In this document: positions 1 to 13,908 of the stretch, in pieces | Layout of the letters: each line of letters opens with the position of its first letter | Numbering within the stretch: the stretch's first letter is position 1 | The notes under the pieces: model-generated | Seen by the model: only the letters and a program-made list of their open reading frames with translations | Told to the model about the DNA's origin: nothing | The model's database searches: none | Made by a program: the position numbers and the translations under genes | Assembly (NCBI GenBank): GCA_905178155.1 | Contig: CAJINV010000001.1 | Location: 1,166,606-1,230,605, forward strand | From: Amoebophrya sp. A120 | Taxonomy: Eukaryota > Protista > Dinoflagellata | Direction of reading: 5' to 3' | DNA length: 64,000 nucleotides

Positions 1-64
1 TCTTCGTCCTGCATCGAGTTCGAGATGAATCCTCACACAACGCACGAAAGAACTGAAATTCTAG

Positions 65-1667
65 GGCGCGGCGCAGCAGCCCGGCGGCAAGGCAGCAGAC
101 GCGTTTGGCGCGAAGCGGCCCGCTGGTCCGCAACAGGACACAGCCGCGAATGCGGCGAAGCGGGCGAAGCTGGACAACCGCGTCTTCAACATGGACTGGT
201 GCGCACGGTTTCTCGAGAAGCTGCCGGGCCACAAGAAAACCTGGCACGCACAGGGGGTGGGGCGGCAGATCCTGGGCTCCACGCAGGACCAGTATCTTGG
301 AGTGGATGAACTCCACCCCAACGAAGTGCAATTAATTCTCCAGTTTATCTTTCAGGTATAAAGAGTACTATAAAGTAGTAGTAGCACCCCGTTGCGACTG
401 CGAGGAGTGCGTCTGCTTCATCTAGTGTTGTGATGTTTATTTTTCATGCTGATACTATTTCAGAGGACAACTTCTAGCTACTAGTAGCCAACACTTCTTC
501 TCGTCCCACTACTCCAAAGTCACGGCAACAGAAGCAAGTCAGCGTTTACCTGCCAGGAATACGTGGAGGTCCGTGCGGACTCCTGAGAATGCAACCTGAA
601 AATCTTCACGAACCTTATTGAACAGGTGGAGGAACACATCCGTGCAAGCGAGGAAGCGGCCTTGGAGAGCTCCGCCATCCCGCTCCACTTCAACACGGTG
701 CGGCACGTGAAGGCGGAGCGGTTGCTGGAAAAGTACTACGAGGATTTCCCGTTTCAGTGCATGACGTCCGGTCGCCGGTTCCAGACCCGGGCGACGCTGG
801 CGCTTTTTCTGGACCAGCACTACAAGAACAATCTGAAACGACGGAAAATGATGCAGCGAGATCCGACAAAGATCACCGAGGAAAAGACCTACCGAGGTAT
901 AGGGGATGAAGCGGTTTTGATTAAGATTTCTCGACGTGAGAAGAAGTGTCTGATATGTAGATGCATCAAATGTTGTAAATGTAAAAAAACGTCGACCTGC
1001 ACCTGGTTACGCTACATGTACAGTCCTTTTCATGTTGGCGAAATTCGGAGGCAAGCGCAAGAACTGAATGCGATGTAGATGTACTAAATGACTTTAATAC
1101 AACTCCGCAGGCTGGGAGAATACAGTGCAGGACATTATGGGTGTGCGAGACCTGAAACTAGGCTCGCTGTGGCAGCAGGACAAAAAGGTAGAGGAGCACC
1201 GGGAAGAGCAGGAGGCCGAGGAAGAGCAAAGCAACGCGGACGACACCGCTATGGAAAATATTGCGCCCTACTCGGAAGGCCAACCCTGTTGCCCGGTCTG
1301 CGGCGAGCTCTTCAGCAAGGTTCGACGCTTGTAGACGATTTTTTTGCATTATACACAGATACTGCTTGTTTTTATGCGAGAAATGGACTTTTTATTACGT
1401 GTGTCTGTTTGTACGGGGGGGGACAAGTTTATTTTCATTTGGATAGTTGTAGTTCTTGCGACCATTTGTCTATCACTATCACAATGGAACAAACTTTTCA
1501 ACTACCAGGTGTTCTTCAACGGTGACTGGTGGGTAACCGGGGTAACAGTAATGGACGTGATAAACATGGCCCCCCTTCGGTACGATACCTCCTCCAGTGG
1601 CCGCCGGCTTCACGAGAACGCGCTGATTTACCACAAAGGGTGCCTGCCGGATTCCATTCAGATGTGA
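65..1667 (+). CDS. PCF11-like mRNA 3'-end processing factor, 3' part (exons ~65-355, 626-896, 1111-1319, 1509-1667; 5' end probably upstream of window)
   Basis: GT-AG introns join YYEDFPFQCMTSGRRF...LDQHYKNN...RGW and CPVCGELF...W...HKGC, resembling the two C-terminal zinc-binding regions of Pcf11. Confidence 0.7.
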
Positions 1668-2849
1668 TGACGGGCGAAGGCCGGATGCGAGGACATGGGG
1701 GGAAAGAGGGAGCAGCAGACCAAAGTGTCAGCAATTTCTGCTCCACTTTACTTCCCAGAAATGTCAGGCCGGCCGCACTTGTGTTGAGTGGAACAGGAGT
1801 AACAAGAAGATCCCAGCGACAAAAGTCACACTTGTGAATCAACAAAGTAACGACGACGACAATAAGGTAAAGCGACTAGTAAAAGTGAGTACAATAATCA
1901 CAAAAGCGGACGACGATGTCCTTTATCGGGAGGAATCTACCCACGACGTCGGATAGAAGTTGTGAATCTGCTGTTCACAACAAGACTTGGACGAAATTAC
2001 AATCTACGGATGTGCATTCTTGACCGATGGTTCTGGAAGATTGATAGTTTCTTGACAGCGGCGCGCGCCGCAGCATCGATCTTGCAACCGCACACTTACA
2101 GTGTAATTCTTGTGTGTGCTGTACACGACTTACAGTGTGATTCTTGTGTATGACGTCCAAGAGATCTAGATTCTAATTGCAGGGCGAAAGCATAAGCAAG
2201 GATCAAACAGCTCGATAGATTCATTGGTCTTGAGATGATCAGCCACCTCTTTGACTTTTCTTTCGTGGATGATTGGCTCCATTTTACCGATCCTTATCTT
2301 TTGCTTTTCGGATTTGCTTTCACACAGGGATGATTTTGAGGAAATTCTTTCCGATCTCTTTTGTTTTAATTATCATTTTTTTGAACCGCAATAGACGATT
2401 GCAAGGTTTGTCTTTCCTGCATGTTCTTAACTTCTTGTTTGATGCCATATTTCTTCATCGGCTACAACTCTTCGGAATGTCAACATACCTAACGAAACGA
2501 GCGCATCGACTAAGTACGTGCCGTGCAGCTTTTGCGCCTTATGCATCTTACTGATCTCTATTACGCTCGTCTATACCATTGCAACATAAAAATGAATAAG
2601 TATTCTGCTGAGGGGGCTACAACTGAGCATAAGGTGATTTTTTGACGACACTCCGGCGTTGATTCACTCGCGCAAATCAGACCTCCGCCTTTCAGAGTGC
2701 ATCTCTTGGAACACGGTCCACACAAAGACACCCACCGGGACCACGGGACATTTTTTGAAAATTAGGTGCTTTTTTCGTGCGTGTGCACCAGAAGGTTTTA
2801 TTGCCTGTCGGCAGCTCCGTACCCCTACAACGTCACCAGCGGACGAAGG

Positions 2850-5800
2850 ATGATGCGCCAGCGAGGAATCGGGGCGGGCAACGCGACGACCGGCGAAGTA
2901 GAGCACGTAAGGCTCCCACACGTGACGAAGCGCAATGCGGTCCTTTCTCGTTTCCCGGTGAAAAAGGTCGTAACTACATTATGCTTTGGCATTGCGGCAT
3001 GTCGTGCCAGTAGCGTGTGGCAGCCGGCGGGGCTCGCGCCGACCGCTACCCAGGGATTGTTACGAACCGTGAGCTCCGCAAGGTTTTTCGGGGCATTTCC
3101 CAAAAGTACTAGAGCGCGAAGTAGAGCAGCAGAACCTTCTTCACGACCGGCCGGCAACGTGTCGGTCGCATCTGGTTTGGAAAGAGGAAGCACCGGAGCA
3201 GCGCGCGGCTCTACTTCCGCTGCGGAGAGCTTCCGAAATTTTGCGCACGAGGGAAGATTCCAGAACGAAGAGGACGCTGACACTGTCGCGTATCAACACA
3301 AAGAAGATCACATCCCTCCTCCGATGCCTCCTGCAGAAGTGCAGCACACGGCCGCATGGCCGACTGACGCCGGCGGGCTCGCCAAACCTAGTGGACCACC
3401 TGGAGGTGGAGGACACCTCCAGGGGACGCCGTCCTCGCGCAACATAATATTGAACGGTGTCGGAGCAAAGAAAAACACACAGGTGCCGCGCGAGCGTGTC
3501 TGCGAGCGGCAATGGTTTTTGCAGGCAGAGAACGAGGAATGGTCGCCCATCCACGTGTACGCTGCCTTGGGCAGTACACAGGTGCTGCTGGTCCTGTTGG
3601 AGCAGCTTGGATTTTCGCGCGACTGGTTATCGGCCGATGAGGAACTACGAGACCACCTCCACATAAAAGCGACCCTTCCTGCTGGTGACCACGACGAGGC
3701 AAGAACATCATTTTGGTCCTCGCGTAGAAAAGCAGAAACGGCGAAAATTGACGTAAACCTGCCGCAGCGCCTAGTCGACGCCGTCAACGCGCCCACGCGG
3801 TTTGGGGGCCGTCCGACGCCGCTTGTGCTCGCGGCGGAGCAGGGACACGCCGCGGTGGTGCGGCTTCTCCTCGCGGCCGGCGCCGACCCCGGACTCACCG
3901 TGTGGGCCGCGGTGGAGCGGGCGCGCGAATCGGACAATAAATCTTCCGCATATTCGCTTCTGCGAAACCTGCACGCAACCTGGCGGGGGAGCGGGGCGGA
4001 AAAGGAAGCTCCTGGGCGGGCCTCGTTTGCAGAGGAGGACGTGAGAAGGACACAGCCGTCATGCGTTATCTCTTCAAGTCGCACCTTCAGCGCGACCGAC
4101 GGGGCGGCTGGGGGAGGGCAGGCTGCCGCTTCAAGGGACTACTACACCGGGCCTACTTTCGCGAAGCCAGACTTTTGTAGCGCAGGTCCTGCCGCAGGAC
4201 CTCCGACTAGAAGTCATCATCTTCGGCCGCTTTACAAGACGAGTGCTAGAAGAAGTAGAGGGAAGCAGCAGGCCACAAGAACTCCCTCCAGGATGGTGCC
4301 ACAAAATTCGTCTTCCGCACAACTAAAGATCAGTGGAGATGGAAAGGAAATCCATGCAAAAGCCGTTCCTGGCGCCGAACCAGACGACGGTGCTAAGCCA
4401 CTCTTCAAAACTGCTGGTGTATCAATATCCGCACCGGTTGGAGGGACAACTCCGGAGCACCAGGTGGGGTCGCCCGCAACCACGGCCTCGACGTGCTTCC
4501 CCTCGCCCATCGGCTATGCATTGCAAAAGTATCGTACTCGTATAAACGCATTGCAAATTTCCTCAGCATGAGAAATAAAATTTGTCATGCGGCTTTACCT
4601 TACGAAAATTTTTTTTTTTTTGTAATGCATGACTGCAATCACTACGAGTGCGATACTTTTGCACAGGATATCGGCGGGTCGCCGGCAACTAGTCCGTCTA
4701 CCGCGTTGCCTTCGCCCTGTTGCTCCCCCTCAACGGTTGCGCGCGGAACACCCGGTGCAGCAGCAGTAGATCTTCACGAAGGCCTGGACGCGTTGCACCT
4801 GCCGGCGGCCGCAAACGACTTTTCCGACGACGCTCCGTTCTCGTTCTCCCAAGGCGAGGGTAATATCGAAGATGATCCGTCAAATAATACCGACGTCACC
4901 TTCGGGTTGCGCCTGTCTTCGGAGCCACCGCACGTGTTTCTCCCCTCGCACCACCGGCGCGCCGCCCAGGAGCGAGCGGCCGCTCTGGCCGCGGCGACGA
5001 GGCACGAGGGGAAGAACCCAGCACCAGCACGGGCCGCGACGGCGCAGAGTGTGTTTGAGTCTTGTGCAGGGACCTCCTACGATTCGGCCGACAGTGGGGC
5101 TTCTGGAAGCTGTAGAATAAGCACCAGTGCAGCCGCAGCAGTCCTCCCCGACGTCTTGCCGACTACATCATGTGCGCAGCCTCCATGCCGCGACGTAGTC
5201 ACCAGTGCCAGCGGCCTCGCGACCTCCGTGCAAAAGAAATCCGACGAGGATCGGGGTAGTACAACTTGTAAGACCCATCAGGAACCACAACAACAAACTC
5301 CTAGCGGCGGGGATCATGATCTTCCTGCGGGATTGATGTCCCTGCGTCTGAGCGAGGACTCCTGCTCTCAAGAAGGCTGTGAGGTGCACGTGGATTGGGT
5401 AAGCGAGGCGGAGTACTACTGCGGCCCGTGGCGGAATGTGGTCGTTGTGGATGAGAAAAGAAACGAGTCGGTGCTGGAGGTGGGCGGCTGCATTGAGGAC
5501 ATGGTGGAGGTTTTTACTCCTCCGCCAGGCCCAAGACCTGCACAGTCGACAGCAAATCTCAAATCCGCAAAGAACTACACGCAGTCTATAACAACCGCGG
5601 ATCATGTCGGGTGCGACAACCACGTGCCTAACCGGTGGTTTCGACGCCAGACCTTGTGCCCTGTTCCGCGCGTCACGCCGCTCTATGTGGCGGTCGAGGG
5701 CGGCCACTTGGAGGTCGTAAAAGTGCTCCTTGACGCGCATGTAAAACATAAGAACGAACAAGCAGAGAGGCAAGAAGACACTGGAGATATGATCATGTTG

Positions 5801-6238
5801 GAAAATCAAGACGACTGGGAGGAGGAGAGCTTTCTGGAGGTTACTGATTCATTCGGGCGCACTGCGCTGTACCGTGCCGCGGAACAGAATTCCGCGGAGC
5901 TGGTGCGACTGCTGATAGCCGCCGGTGCGGACCCGGACCACCCGAACCACGAGCTCCAGAGCGCACTGGAGGTTGCGGGAGAGGCCGGCAACGTGGAGGT
6001 GGTGCGCTTGCTGGTGCACGAGGGGGAGACGTTTCAGTGCACGCTCGAGTTCGCGGACCAGTCCCTCCACCTGTTCTCGCAGACAGAACACAAGTTTCGC
6101 GTGCTTGTGAGTGAGCAGCCCGCGGACGCCGAGCTGCTGGATGCCACAATCGATTTCTGTTACGTGTGCCAGAAAGAGATGCCCGAGTGCGCGCGCTTCC
6201 TGCAGGAGGAACGCTGGCCGTTAGTAGATGTGCTCTAG
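2850..6238 (+). CDS. Ankyrin-repeat protein with long low-complexity linkers; one introner
   Basis: Ankyrin motifs SPIHVYAALG, TPLVLAAEQGHAAVVRLLLAAGAD, TPLYVAVEGGHLEVVKVLL, GRTALYRAAEQN; ORFs 2766-4571 and 4493-6238 join in frame after removing 161 nt (element + one DR copy). Confidence 0.85.
4515..4670. mobile_element. Introner, family D (TIR TATGCATTGCAAAAGTATCGTACTCGTA)
   Basis: TAT...ATA; DR TCGGC/TCGGC; restores SPIG-GSPA. Confidence 0.9.
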
Positions 6239-7426
6239 AAACAAACTTCAAGTCGTAAACTTAAAAACATATTAGCGGGCTTGTTCGAGCGGGTGGTGCA
6301 AGTTTTAGTGAGCTTTCGCTTTTTCGCTGAAGATAACTTTCTCAAATGCGCCGGCTGCTGACAGTTCGCTACAGGGTCCGCGACTCGCAGCTACGAGGCG
6401 CACGACGTTTTTTTGGCGCACAATGTTTGTTCGGCGACGTTTTTTTGGTGCGTTCTTCCTTGCATCGGTTCAGCACCATCTTGTGCATTTCAATCACTTC
6501 AACACGACTTCCGTGCATTTCCAGAGATGAAACAGAACCTCCCTTAGGCAAAAATCAAATGGACATTTGATGACCGATGAGCCATGTCTACGCAAATAAA
6601 ACCTAAAGAATCAGACTCACAGTATCCTTTCATGTAAAAAAAATTCCGATGCTTGCACAAACTATCTAATGAAGCCAATCTATTTGCTTGAAGGCTCCTT
6701 GCACTTGCAGGAGCCTCGTGCTGGCAAATTTAGTTCGTTGCCCCGTTTGGGCTCCAAGTATGTAAGAGGCCTTCGCACCTGTCTCAGCGAGTTTTTCTGC
6801 AACAAACTTTTGAAAACAAGCATCCACCTTTGTTTCATGACCCACCTTAAGCTATTCATACACTGCACATCACGTGTCTGCCGTGAGGGAGGGTCATGGT
6901 CATCTAGGGTTTGGATCATCGCCGGAAAAAGAAAACGAAACGAGCACGCCGCGTATGCGGCTAGTATCATTTCTTGCAAAATTTATAAGATGTGCATGAT
7001 CAAACATACATTACCGAGGTGTGAAATAATGTACAACCATTGGACTCGTCTTCTCTTACCCCTCGGCCGGGCATATTTTCGGCTGAAGAGCTGCTCGCTT
7101 TTAGTTCAATTAGGTGTTCTTCCATGGTGTTTTTACGCCGTTGCTATGTGTTGAAAAATTATCTGTGCGCTTGCTTATGGATTCGCACTACGACGAATGC
7201 TTTCGAGCGTGTGGCTAGTGCTGTCAGCATCAAGATGCTTCTCTTCCAGCCATGGATTCCGTTGCAGCTTCATCGTGTTTTATTGGACACCGGAAGTAAA
7301 CGTCTTATTTCTATTTGAAAAAGTATCTGTATCACTAGAAGTCGGTGATTATGCAATGTACAGAAATAAATAGAAAGCACCAGTACAACCGCCCGATTTG
7401 TTCTGCCCTGAGGTAATTCCAAGAAG

Positions 7427-9663
7427 ATGGCTGCTGCCCTTGCGGGCGCCCTTGATTACGGCCGCTTAACTCCACCGCCGGGCTGTCGCGTGGTGCTGGC
7501 GTTGTGCGTGGCGTTTTTTATCCTGCCCACTGGAGAAATCCTGGCCTGCTCACCCGCAAATGTTTTCGACCGGTGGTGGCTCTGGACCCTTTGCACCACC
7601 ACCTACGTGCACCACGTACGATAGTGTTTTTTTGTCTGGAGGAGGTTATTGTAGAGCTAGACAGAAACGAGCCATCTCACCTTGTGTGAACATGGTTTGT
7701 TGGGGAATGGGCATTGATAGTGATCATGCTCAATCCATAAACAGAGTTACACCAATCGTCTTGCACATGCGTTACTTTATCTAGTTTGATTTTTGAAAAT
7801 CCAATCCCCCCACAGGAGTTGTTTTCGCTGGCGGGGGGCTTGCTGCTTGGCTGGCGGCGGTTTGTGCGCGCGGAAAACGAGCATGGGACTGTCGGGTTTC
7901 TGCTCTGGCTCCTCTTCGTCTCCGCCGTAATCCACGTCGTGTACGTGATTGCCTGCCACTTGGTGTTCGAGTATTTCGACCCACGACTTGCCGGGGAACC
8001 CGTGCTATGTATTGCAAAAGTATCGTTATCGTAGTACTGGCAGAAATTTTTGTCGCAATACAATTTGATGAGACCAGGAGGAAAATTACAAGTGCAATTT
8101 GTAATGCTGCTTCAGCAAAAAAAGAAGATTTGTCGCGCAGATTGCAACTAGTGCGAGTAGGAATACGATACTTGTTTTGCAATGCATACGTGCACGGGTT
8201 GTGGCCGCTCGTGTGTCTGCTCTTCACCTACGATGCGAAGCTTGACCCGTTCGGCGAGGTATCATGTATGAAATTTTTGCGCACCAGGCAGCTACATCTT
8301 CAAAAGTTGCACCACGTGTAGCATATTTCTTCAAGAACTTCTTTGCTCTGATGAAGCAAAGGCGGGCCGCACAGTGCAACGACTGCGCCAGCTGGGAGGT
8401 AGGGAGATATGTCGATGCTGTGTAGTACTATCATCTGTGCAGGAACTTATTCATCTCGGCAACAAGAAATGCCAGTGCCAGCGATCGAAACGACAACGCT
8501 TCATACCTCAGGTCCTGCTCTGGCCGCTCCCTCTCACGGTGTACACGCGCACAGTGCCGCTACTGGCGTTGTTTGGTGCGTGGCTGGTGCACTTCGACGC
8601 CCACCTGGATTCCATCGTGGCCATGTTGGTGGCGCTGGCGCTTCCGTTCGAACTGCAGCTGTCGGACGCCGCGCACGATGCCATTGAAGCGGTTCTGGAG
8701 CGCCACGAAAGTGTCCGCGCGGTGCAGTACCTGAAGGGTATGGAGGGGTTTTGCACCCGCAACGCGGGCTTCAAGGCGCTCGGCACCAGCGGCGCCCCCG
8801 TATCCAGTGCAAATATGTCTGGGTGGTCTAGAAGGTTGATGCAACTTGTGATGCTGTGTTTGGATTCTAAAAAAATCTGTACTGCATGACCAGCAAGAGG
8901 TGCGCAGTTTGTGCTACGCGCAGAGGGCATTTCTGATGCGGAATAGGCAACAGGAAGCCGTCTAAAAGGCTGTCATGCTAGGTCATGCATTACAGGCATC
9001 ATGGCTCGTGCGAAATATGCATGATAAACCTGGAAATCTTCCAGACCCAGACATATTTGCAATGCATATCCCGCCACCCAGGCCAACGAGTTTGACTTTG
9101 CCGGCAGCGGCGAACTGGATTTGGAAGCCGGCGCGGGTTTCGACGTGAGTAACGTGCTTGCGGGGGCGGGGAGCAGCAGCAGTAGTAGCTCTAGCACCGG
9201 GGGTCATCTTTTCGGGAACCCAGCCACGCTGTCCTCACCTGGGAAAAGCGCGAGCGGCGTAGTTGCTTCTACGGCCGGAGGAGGTCCTGCTCTAGTAGCG
9301 GGAGCAAGACCAGACGCAGTTGGCGGCAGCATGCTTTATCCCCAGCAAATAGGAGCCGCCTCATCTTCCGGTATTGCAGCTACCAGTTCTACTGCTGCGC
9401 TTTACGCAGTAGACCCGCGGCAGCAGGCGCCAGTCGCCGCGCCGCTCCCGCCGCCGCCCGGGGGCTTCGCGAGCGCGGACTTTCTCGAGAGCGACAGCAC
9501 GACGGCACAGGTGCTGAATACCGACTTTCTCGCTCCCGGGCCAGCGGCGCCGCCACCGAACGTGGACCCATTCCTCGCACAGCACCCAGTGTTCGACGAG
9601 AACATAAACACAAAGGACATATTCGGTGACCTAAGCACCACGGACGATCCGTTTGAATTGTGA
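7427..9663 (+). CDS. Rhomboid-like / TMEM115-type multi-pass membrane protein with low-complexity acidic tail
   Basis: Several hydrophobic segments, WWLWTLCTTTYVH motif; GT-AG introns 7616-7815 and 8259-8511 plus two introners; ends DDPFEL*. Confidence 0.6.
8006..8188. mobile_element. Introner, family D
   Basis: TATGTATTGCAAAAGTATCGT...TTTTGCAATGCATA; DR CGTGC/CGTGC; restores GEPV-HGLW. Confidence 0.85.
8801..9068. mobile_element. Introner, family A (TIR TAT-N4-TGCAAATATGTCTGGGTCTGGAA)
   Basis: DR CCCCG/TCCCG; frame restored (GAP-ATQ). Confidence 0.85.
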
Positions 9664-10156
9664 AGATGATGAAGCTGTGCTGTTGTTGTGGTACTGACTG
9701 TGGCGCTGGAACAACAGACCGCAGTCAAGCGCAGCGTTGCTATTCGAAGAATGGAAGTTGACCAGAACACGCACGTATCGCGAATGAAAAAAAAAAGATA
9801 GACCACAAATCAACTCATGACTCACTAGCCACTGCAGTTTGCTGCAGTTGAGCCATCTGCCCGTGTTTAGGCGTTTTGCGTCTCGGGCCGCACTGAGCTA
9901 CTTACACAAAGCAGGGCATAATTTTTTTGTGCCACCGCTGTTCGAGGAAGACTTTTGACCTGGCTCTCGTTCACCTCTATTTCTCTTTCGTTCAACGTGC
10001 CGTCGGTTCTGTGGTCTGGTTTGGTCCTTTCGCTTCTTCTTTTGGGCGACGACATGAATGCGCAATTCCGCTTCATAATTTTGATACTTTTTGCATCACT
10101 TTTCCAACGTTGCAGTCTCGAGTCACAGGCAACCGGCTACACGACCCGCAAACGCG

Positions 10157-12838
10157 ATGGCGCCGCCCGTTCCCCGCCGCTCCCACAGGACGCGCAAGAA
10201 GGGAGCTCTCGTTTGGCTCTCTGCGGCTTGGACTGCTTCGGTGAACCACCAGACGAGCTCTACTGGCGTCGTCGATGCGGCGAAAGTGGGTGCGGGGACA
10301 ATAAAAGCCGGTTCGCAACACCGGCTTTTCTTCGAGGCGTCCACCAATGCCAAGGTGCAGTCCTGGTCCACCCTCGGGGTGATTCACAAAACCGAGTACT
10401 GGGGCACGATCAACGTGGGCACGCCCCCCCAGGAGTTTCAGGTCATTTTCGACACGGGCAGCGGGAACCTGATCCTGCCGGGCTCCAAGTGCGACTCCGC
10501 CCCCTGCGTCCAGCACAAGCGCTACGAACCCAGCCAGTCCAGCTCGGGCGTCGCCGTCGGCAAGGACGGTGTGTCGCTCGCCACCGACCCGTCGCAGTAT
10601 CGAAAGGAGGAAAAATTTAGGTTTACACACGAGATTTACTACTTAGAGCTACAACTGTCAGCACACTGTCGAGACATCGTTCTTTTATGAAAAAGATGCA
10701 GTGGACCGCGCCGTGTACTTGCTCCTGCTCGGGTGGAAGTACTTACGCAGCAAGGGTGGAGCCACGTAGCGATGTAGATATTTAGAAAAGTAGTGCGAGC
10801 AGTGGCCAAAGAACGCACTCTCTGTTGAGACGATCGTATCTATCAATCACAAGCCTCGTTTATTGATGACCGAATCTCGGAACTTCTCTATGATTTCTCC
10901 TCTGCATATTGCAACTGCGGAGTCCACGATTCGGTTTGGAACTGGGGAAATTCATGGGTCTTTCGTCAAGGACCAGATCTGTTTGGGTACATATAGACGT
11001 CGATTTCATATTTCATTTTCAACAGATAAGATATCACGCACGAAGTACTTGATCACGTCGCGCGAGTCTAATTTAGTATGCAGGTTGTGGTGCGAAAGGA
11101 AAAGTAGATATCGAACCATACTTTTTTCAGGTTCGTCCTCCAACGTTTGCACGACTTCAAGCTTCATTTCAACGACCAGCGAAACGGACGAACCCTTCAC
11201 CCAGTGCAGCTTCGACGGCATTATGGGGCTGGGGTTCGCGGACCTCAGCATGGGTGACAGTTTCAACATGATGGATGATTTTGTGCACTCCCGGACGCTG
11301 CCGCGCAACCAGTTCTCCGTCTATTTGTCCGACACCAGCGGGAGGTCGGAAATCTCCTTCGGTGGCTACAAGCCGGAGCAGATGCTGGGCAGCGAAATGT
11401 TCTGGGTGCCCGTCACGCACCAGAGCTACTGGGAAGTTGCCAGTACGGAAATAAAGCCGACTGCTGTTGTTCGGAAGGAGTTTGTATACTTCTAAGGGGC
11501 TACTTCATATGATGCTGACGAAGGACGACGAAAATCTGTACTTGCAAGTGACAAGAATCGATCAGTGGGTACTTCTATATCAAAACTGCTGGAGCAGATA
11601 CAGAAAATGCATGTGGTCCAGGCCTCTATATAGAATCTTGTACCCGAGCGGCTGCAAGTTTTTGTTTTTCCTCCTCCACACTTGTTGACGACATCGCCTT
11701 CAACAATGAGCCGAAGAACCTGTGCGAAAATTGCAAAGTGGCGGTGGACACGGGGACTAGCATGCTGGCGGGGCCGAGCGACGTGATTGCGAGCTTGACG
11801 GAGAAGCTTGGCCTGAAGTCGGACTGCAGCATATTGCAAGGAAAAATCCCCGCTCCCCATACTGAAAAGGTATGTTTCTAAAAATTTGTGATGCTGATTT
11901 GTGGCCACAAATCCTGTCTCTCTTGCAAGAGGGCAAACTCATAGAGACCCCGGCACGATATGCAGGCGATTTGTCATGCTGCAATGCCTAGAGGGCTGAC
12001 GTCTGTCATGCTGGGCCCCTACACCAAAAGGCCCCCCCTTAGGCTTACGATCTGCGCGCAGTGCTTTACTGCAAGACAAATGTGATTTGTGTACTTAAAT
12101 ACAGCAACACATATTTCGTTTTCGTGCTTAAATACAGCGACGCCGGACAATGGCAATGTCGGCGCGGTTGTTTTAGCAACACATATTTCGTTTTCGATAT
12201 GGGGAGGGGGGATTTTTCCTCTCAATACAGCAACCTGAGTGACATGCCCCTGCTGGGCTTCCAGATCGGGGACCGCGTGCTCAACCTCAAGCCCGAAGAC
12301 TACATATCACACGACAAAGTGTTAACGTTGACGGAATTTGTGACGCAATAACGCATCACAAAACGTGCCCAGATTTGTCATGCATAGCATGGACGCTAGG
12401 CAAAATTTGTCATGTATATTTTCAATATATGAAAACCGTTAACGTTAGCACTTTTTGGCTTCATACTACATCGACCAGGGTGACGCGAGCTGCGAGCTTT
12501 CCCTGATGGAGCTCGACGTCCCCCCGCCGAAGGGACCGATTTTTGTGTTCGGCGACCCCTTTTTGCGCCGGTTTCTCACCGTCTACGACAAGGACGGGCC
12601 GCGCGTCGGCTTCGCCGTGGCGCGGCAGGAAGGCGAAAGCTACGCGGACGGGGCCGATCTGATGGGCCGGGTGCGCGGGTGCGCGGGGCCAAGTGGAGCG
12701 GAAAGAATCGTAGCGCCCCGCGGGGAGGTGGAAGTGTTGTTGCAGGAGGAAAATCTGCTGAAGAGGAAGTCCGCGGGCGCCTCGAGCTTGATCTCTGTCT
12801 CGCTGCAGCGCACAAAGCGGAGCAAAAAGGGGCAGTAA
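10157..12838 (+). CDS. Pepsin-family (A1) aspartic protease
   Basis: [35 protein letters not shown], second catalytic VAVDTGTS, C-terminal [17 protein letters not shown]. Confidence 0.95.
10598..10908. mobile_element. Degenerate introner (C-like ends, 311 bp)
   Basis: TATCGAAAGGAGGAAA...TTTCTCCTCTGCATA; DR decayed (CGCAG/TTGCA) but removing element+5 nt restores frame. Confidence 0.55.
11832..12227. mobile_element. Introner, family C (TIR TAT-N4-AGGAAAAATCCCCCCTCCCCATA), with internal duplication
   Basis: DR CAGCA/CAGCA; restores SDCS-NLSD. Confidence 0.9.
12305..12465. mobile_element. Introner, singleton family (AAAGTGTTAACGTT inverted repeat)
   Basis: DR CTACA/CTACA; restores EDYI-DQG. 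Confidence 0.85.
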
Positions 12839-13908
12839 ATTTAAAGTGCTTGTGCTGTAGTGAAAACAGGAGCGCGAGAAGATATTTGTTGTTTTCCGTC
12901 TTGACCGAAGTTTCGTCTTTTCTTCTTTTCCCAGGCCAGTGAAAGCAAAGTTTTATACATAGGCTGAGTCGTAGCAGCTTGCGTGCGCAAGTGCGCAACA
13001 ACTGTGGTTGAACGACCATGAAATGCGGTTTTCATGCGTGTTCTGAGTAATCCCGGTTCGTAGAATGCAAGCGAGTGATCAAACATGATAATATACTTAC
13101 ACTTAGCGAATACTCTCCACATACATCAAATCCTTTTGATTTTTTGCTCGAAAAACAAAGCGTTTGACGTTTTTGAAATTGTCGGCCGTTTTCTGAATCT
13201 GAAACTTTTGAATTCTAAGTTCTTTGGAATCGGATCGTTTTTTGATCCGAAATTTTTCTATACGAAAAGAAGACTGAAGCGTAGAAAAGAGCTACTTTTT
13301 TCAGATCGTGTCAGTGCTTCAGTCGTGATCTCGAAGAAATGCGTGCTGAAGTATTGAAGAGACATGGGGCACCACTGCTGCCAAGATTTTTCGGCTCATT
13401 TTGGCTGCGTTGCACATTGGGGGGGATGAAAATATATTAGAATAGCAGCAGGGTAAAAAGCAAAATTAATAACTGAGAGTTAAGTTGTACCGCCACCACG
13501 GTAAAGGTAATGGGGTTCTTTATTTAGCCAATGAGATTAAGTCATAAGAGATAACATATCAAAGAGATAAATTATCAGACTGGTGCCTACTGCTTTCTTA
13601 TTCTTTGTTTTCATCGTGCCATCTTCTTCTGTATTTCAAACAATAAAGTGCGACCTACGTCGTGGTTGCCGTTCAGGTGTTTTTGAAAACGGTAACGGCG
13701 ACTCCGTGTTTGTCCTCACGCCCTCAATACATCATGATGATTGAATTCCTTGACCTGTGCGGCTTCATCCTTCCCCGCGGCAAGACAGTTGTAATTTGAA
13801 AGCCGCGCGTTGAGCGACGAGCTGGCGTGTGAGTTCGCAACATCGACCCGCGAGCAAGAATCCACTTTTTCCGACACGATACGAGACAGTTGCTAGTGCC
13901 TTACCAAC

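Noticed and set aside
10987-11130. In-frame, stop-free 144-nt insertion in the protease ORF
   Set aside because: AT-rich with GT-AG ends, and its removal restores the pepsin alignment; an ordinary intron.
13397-13406. CATTTTGGCT, partial match to the dinoflagellate spliced leader
   Set aside because: Only 10 nt match, the flanks differ and it lies ~500 bp from the next ATG; compatible with chance.
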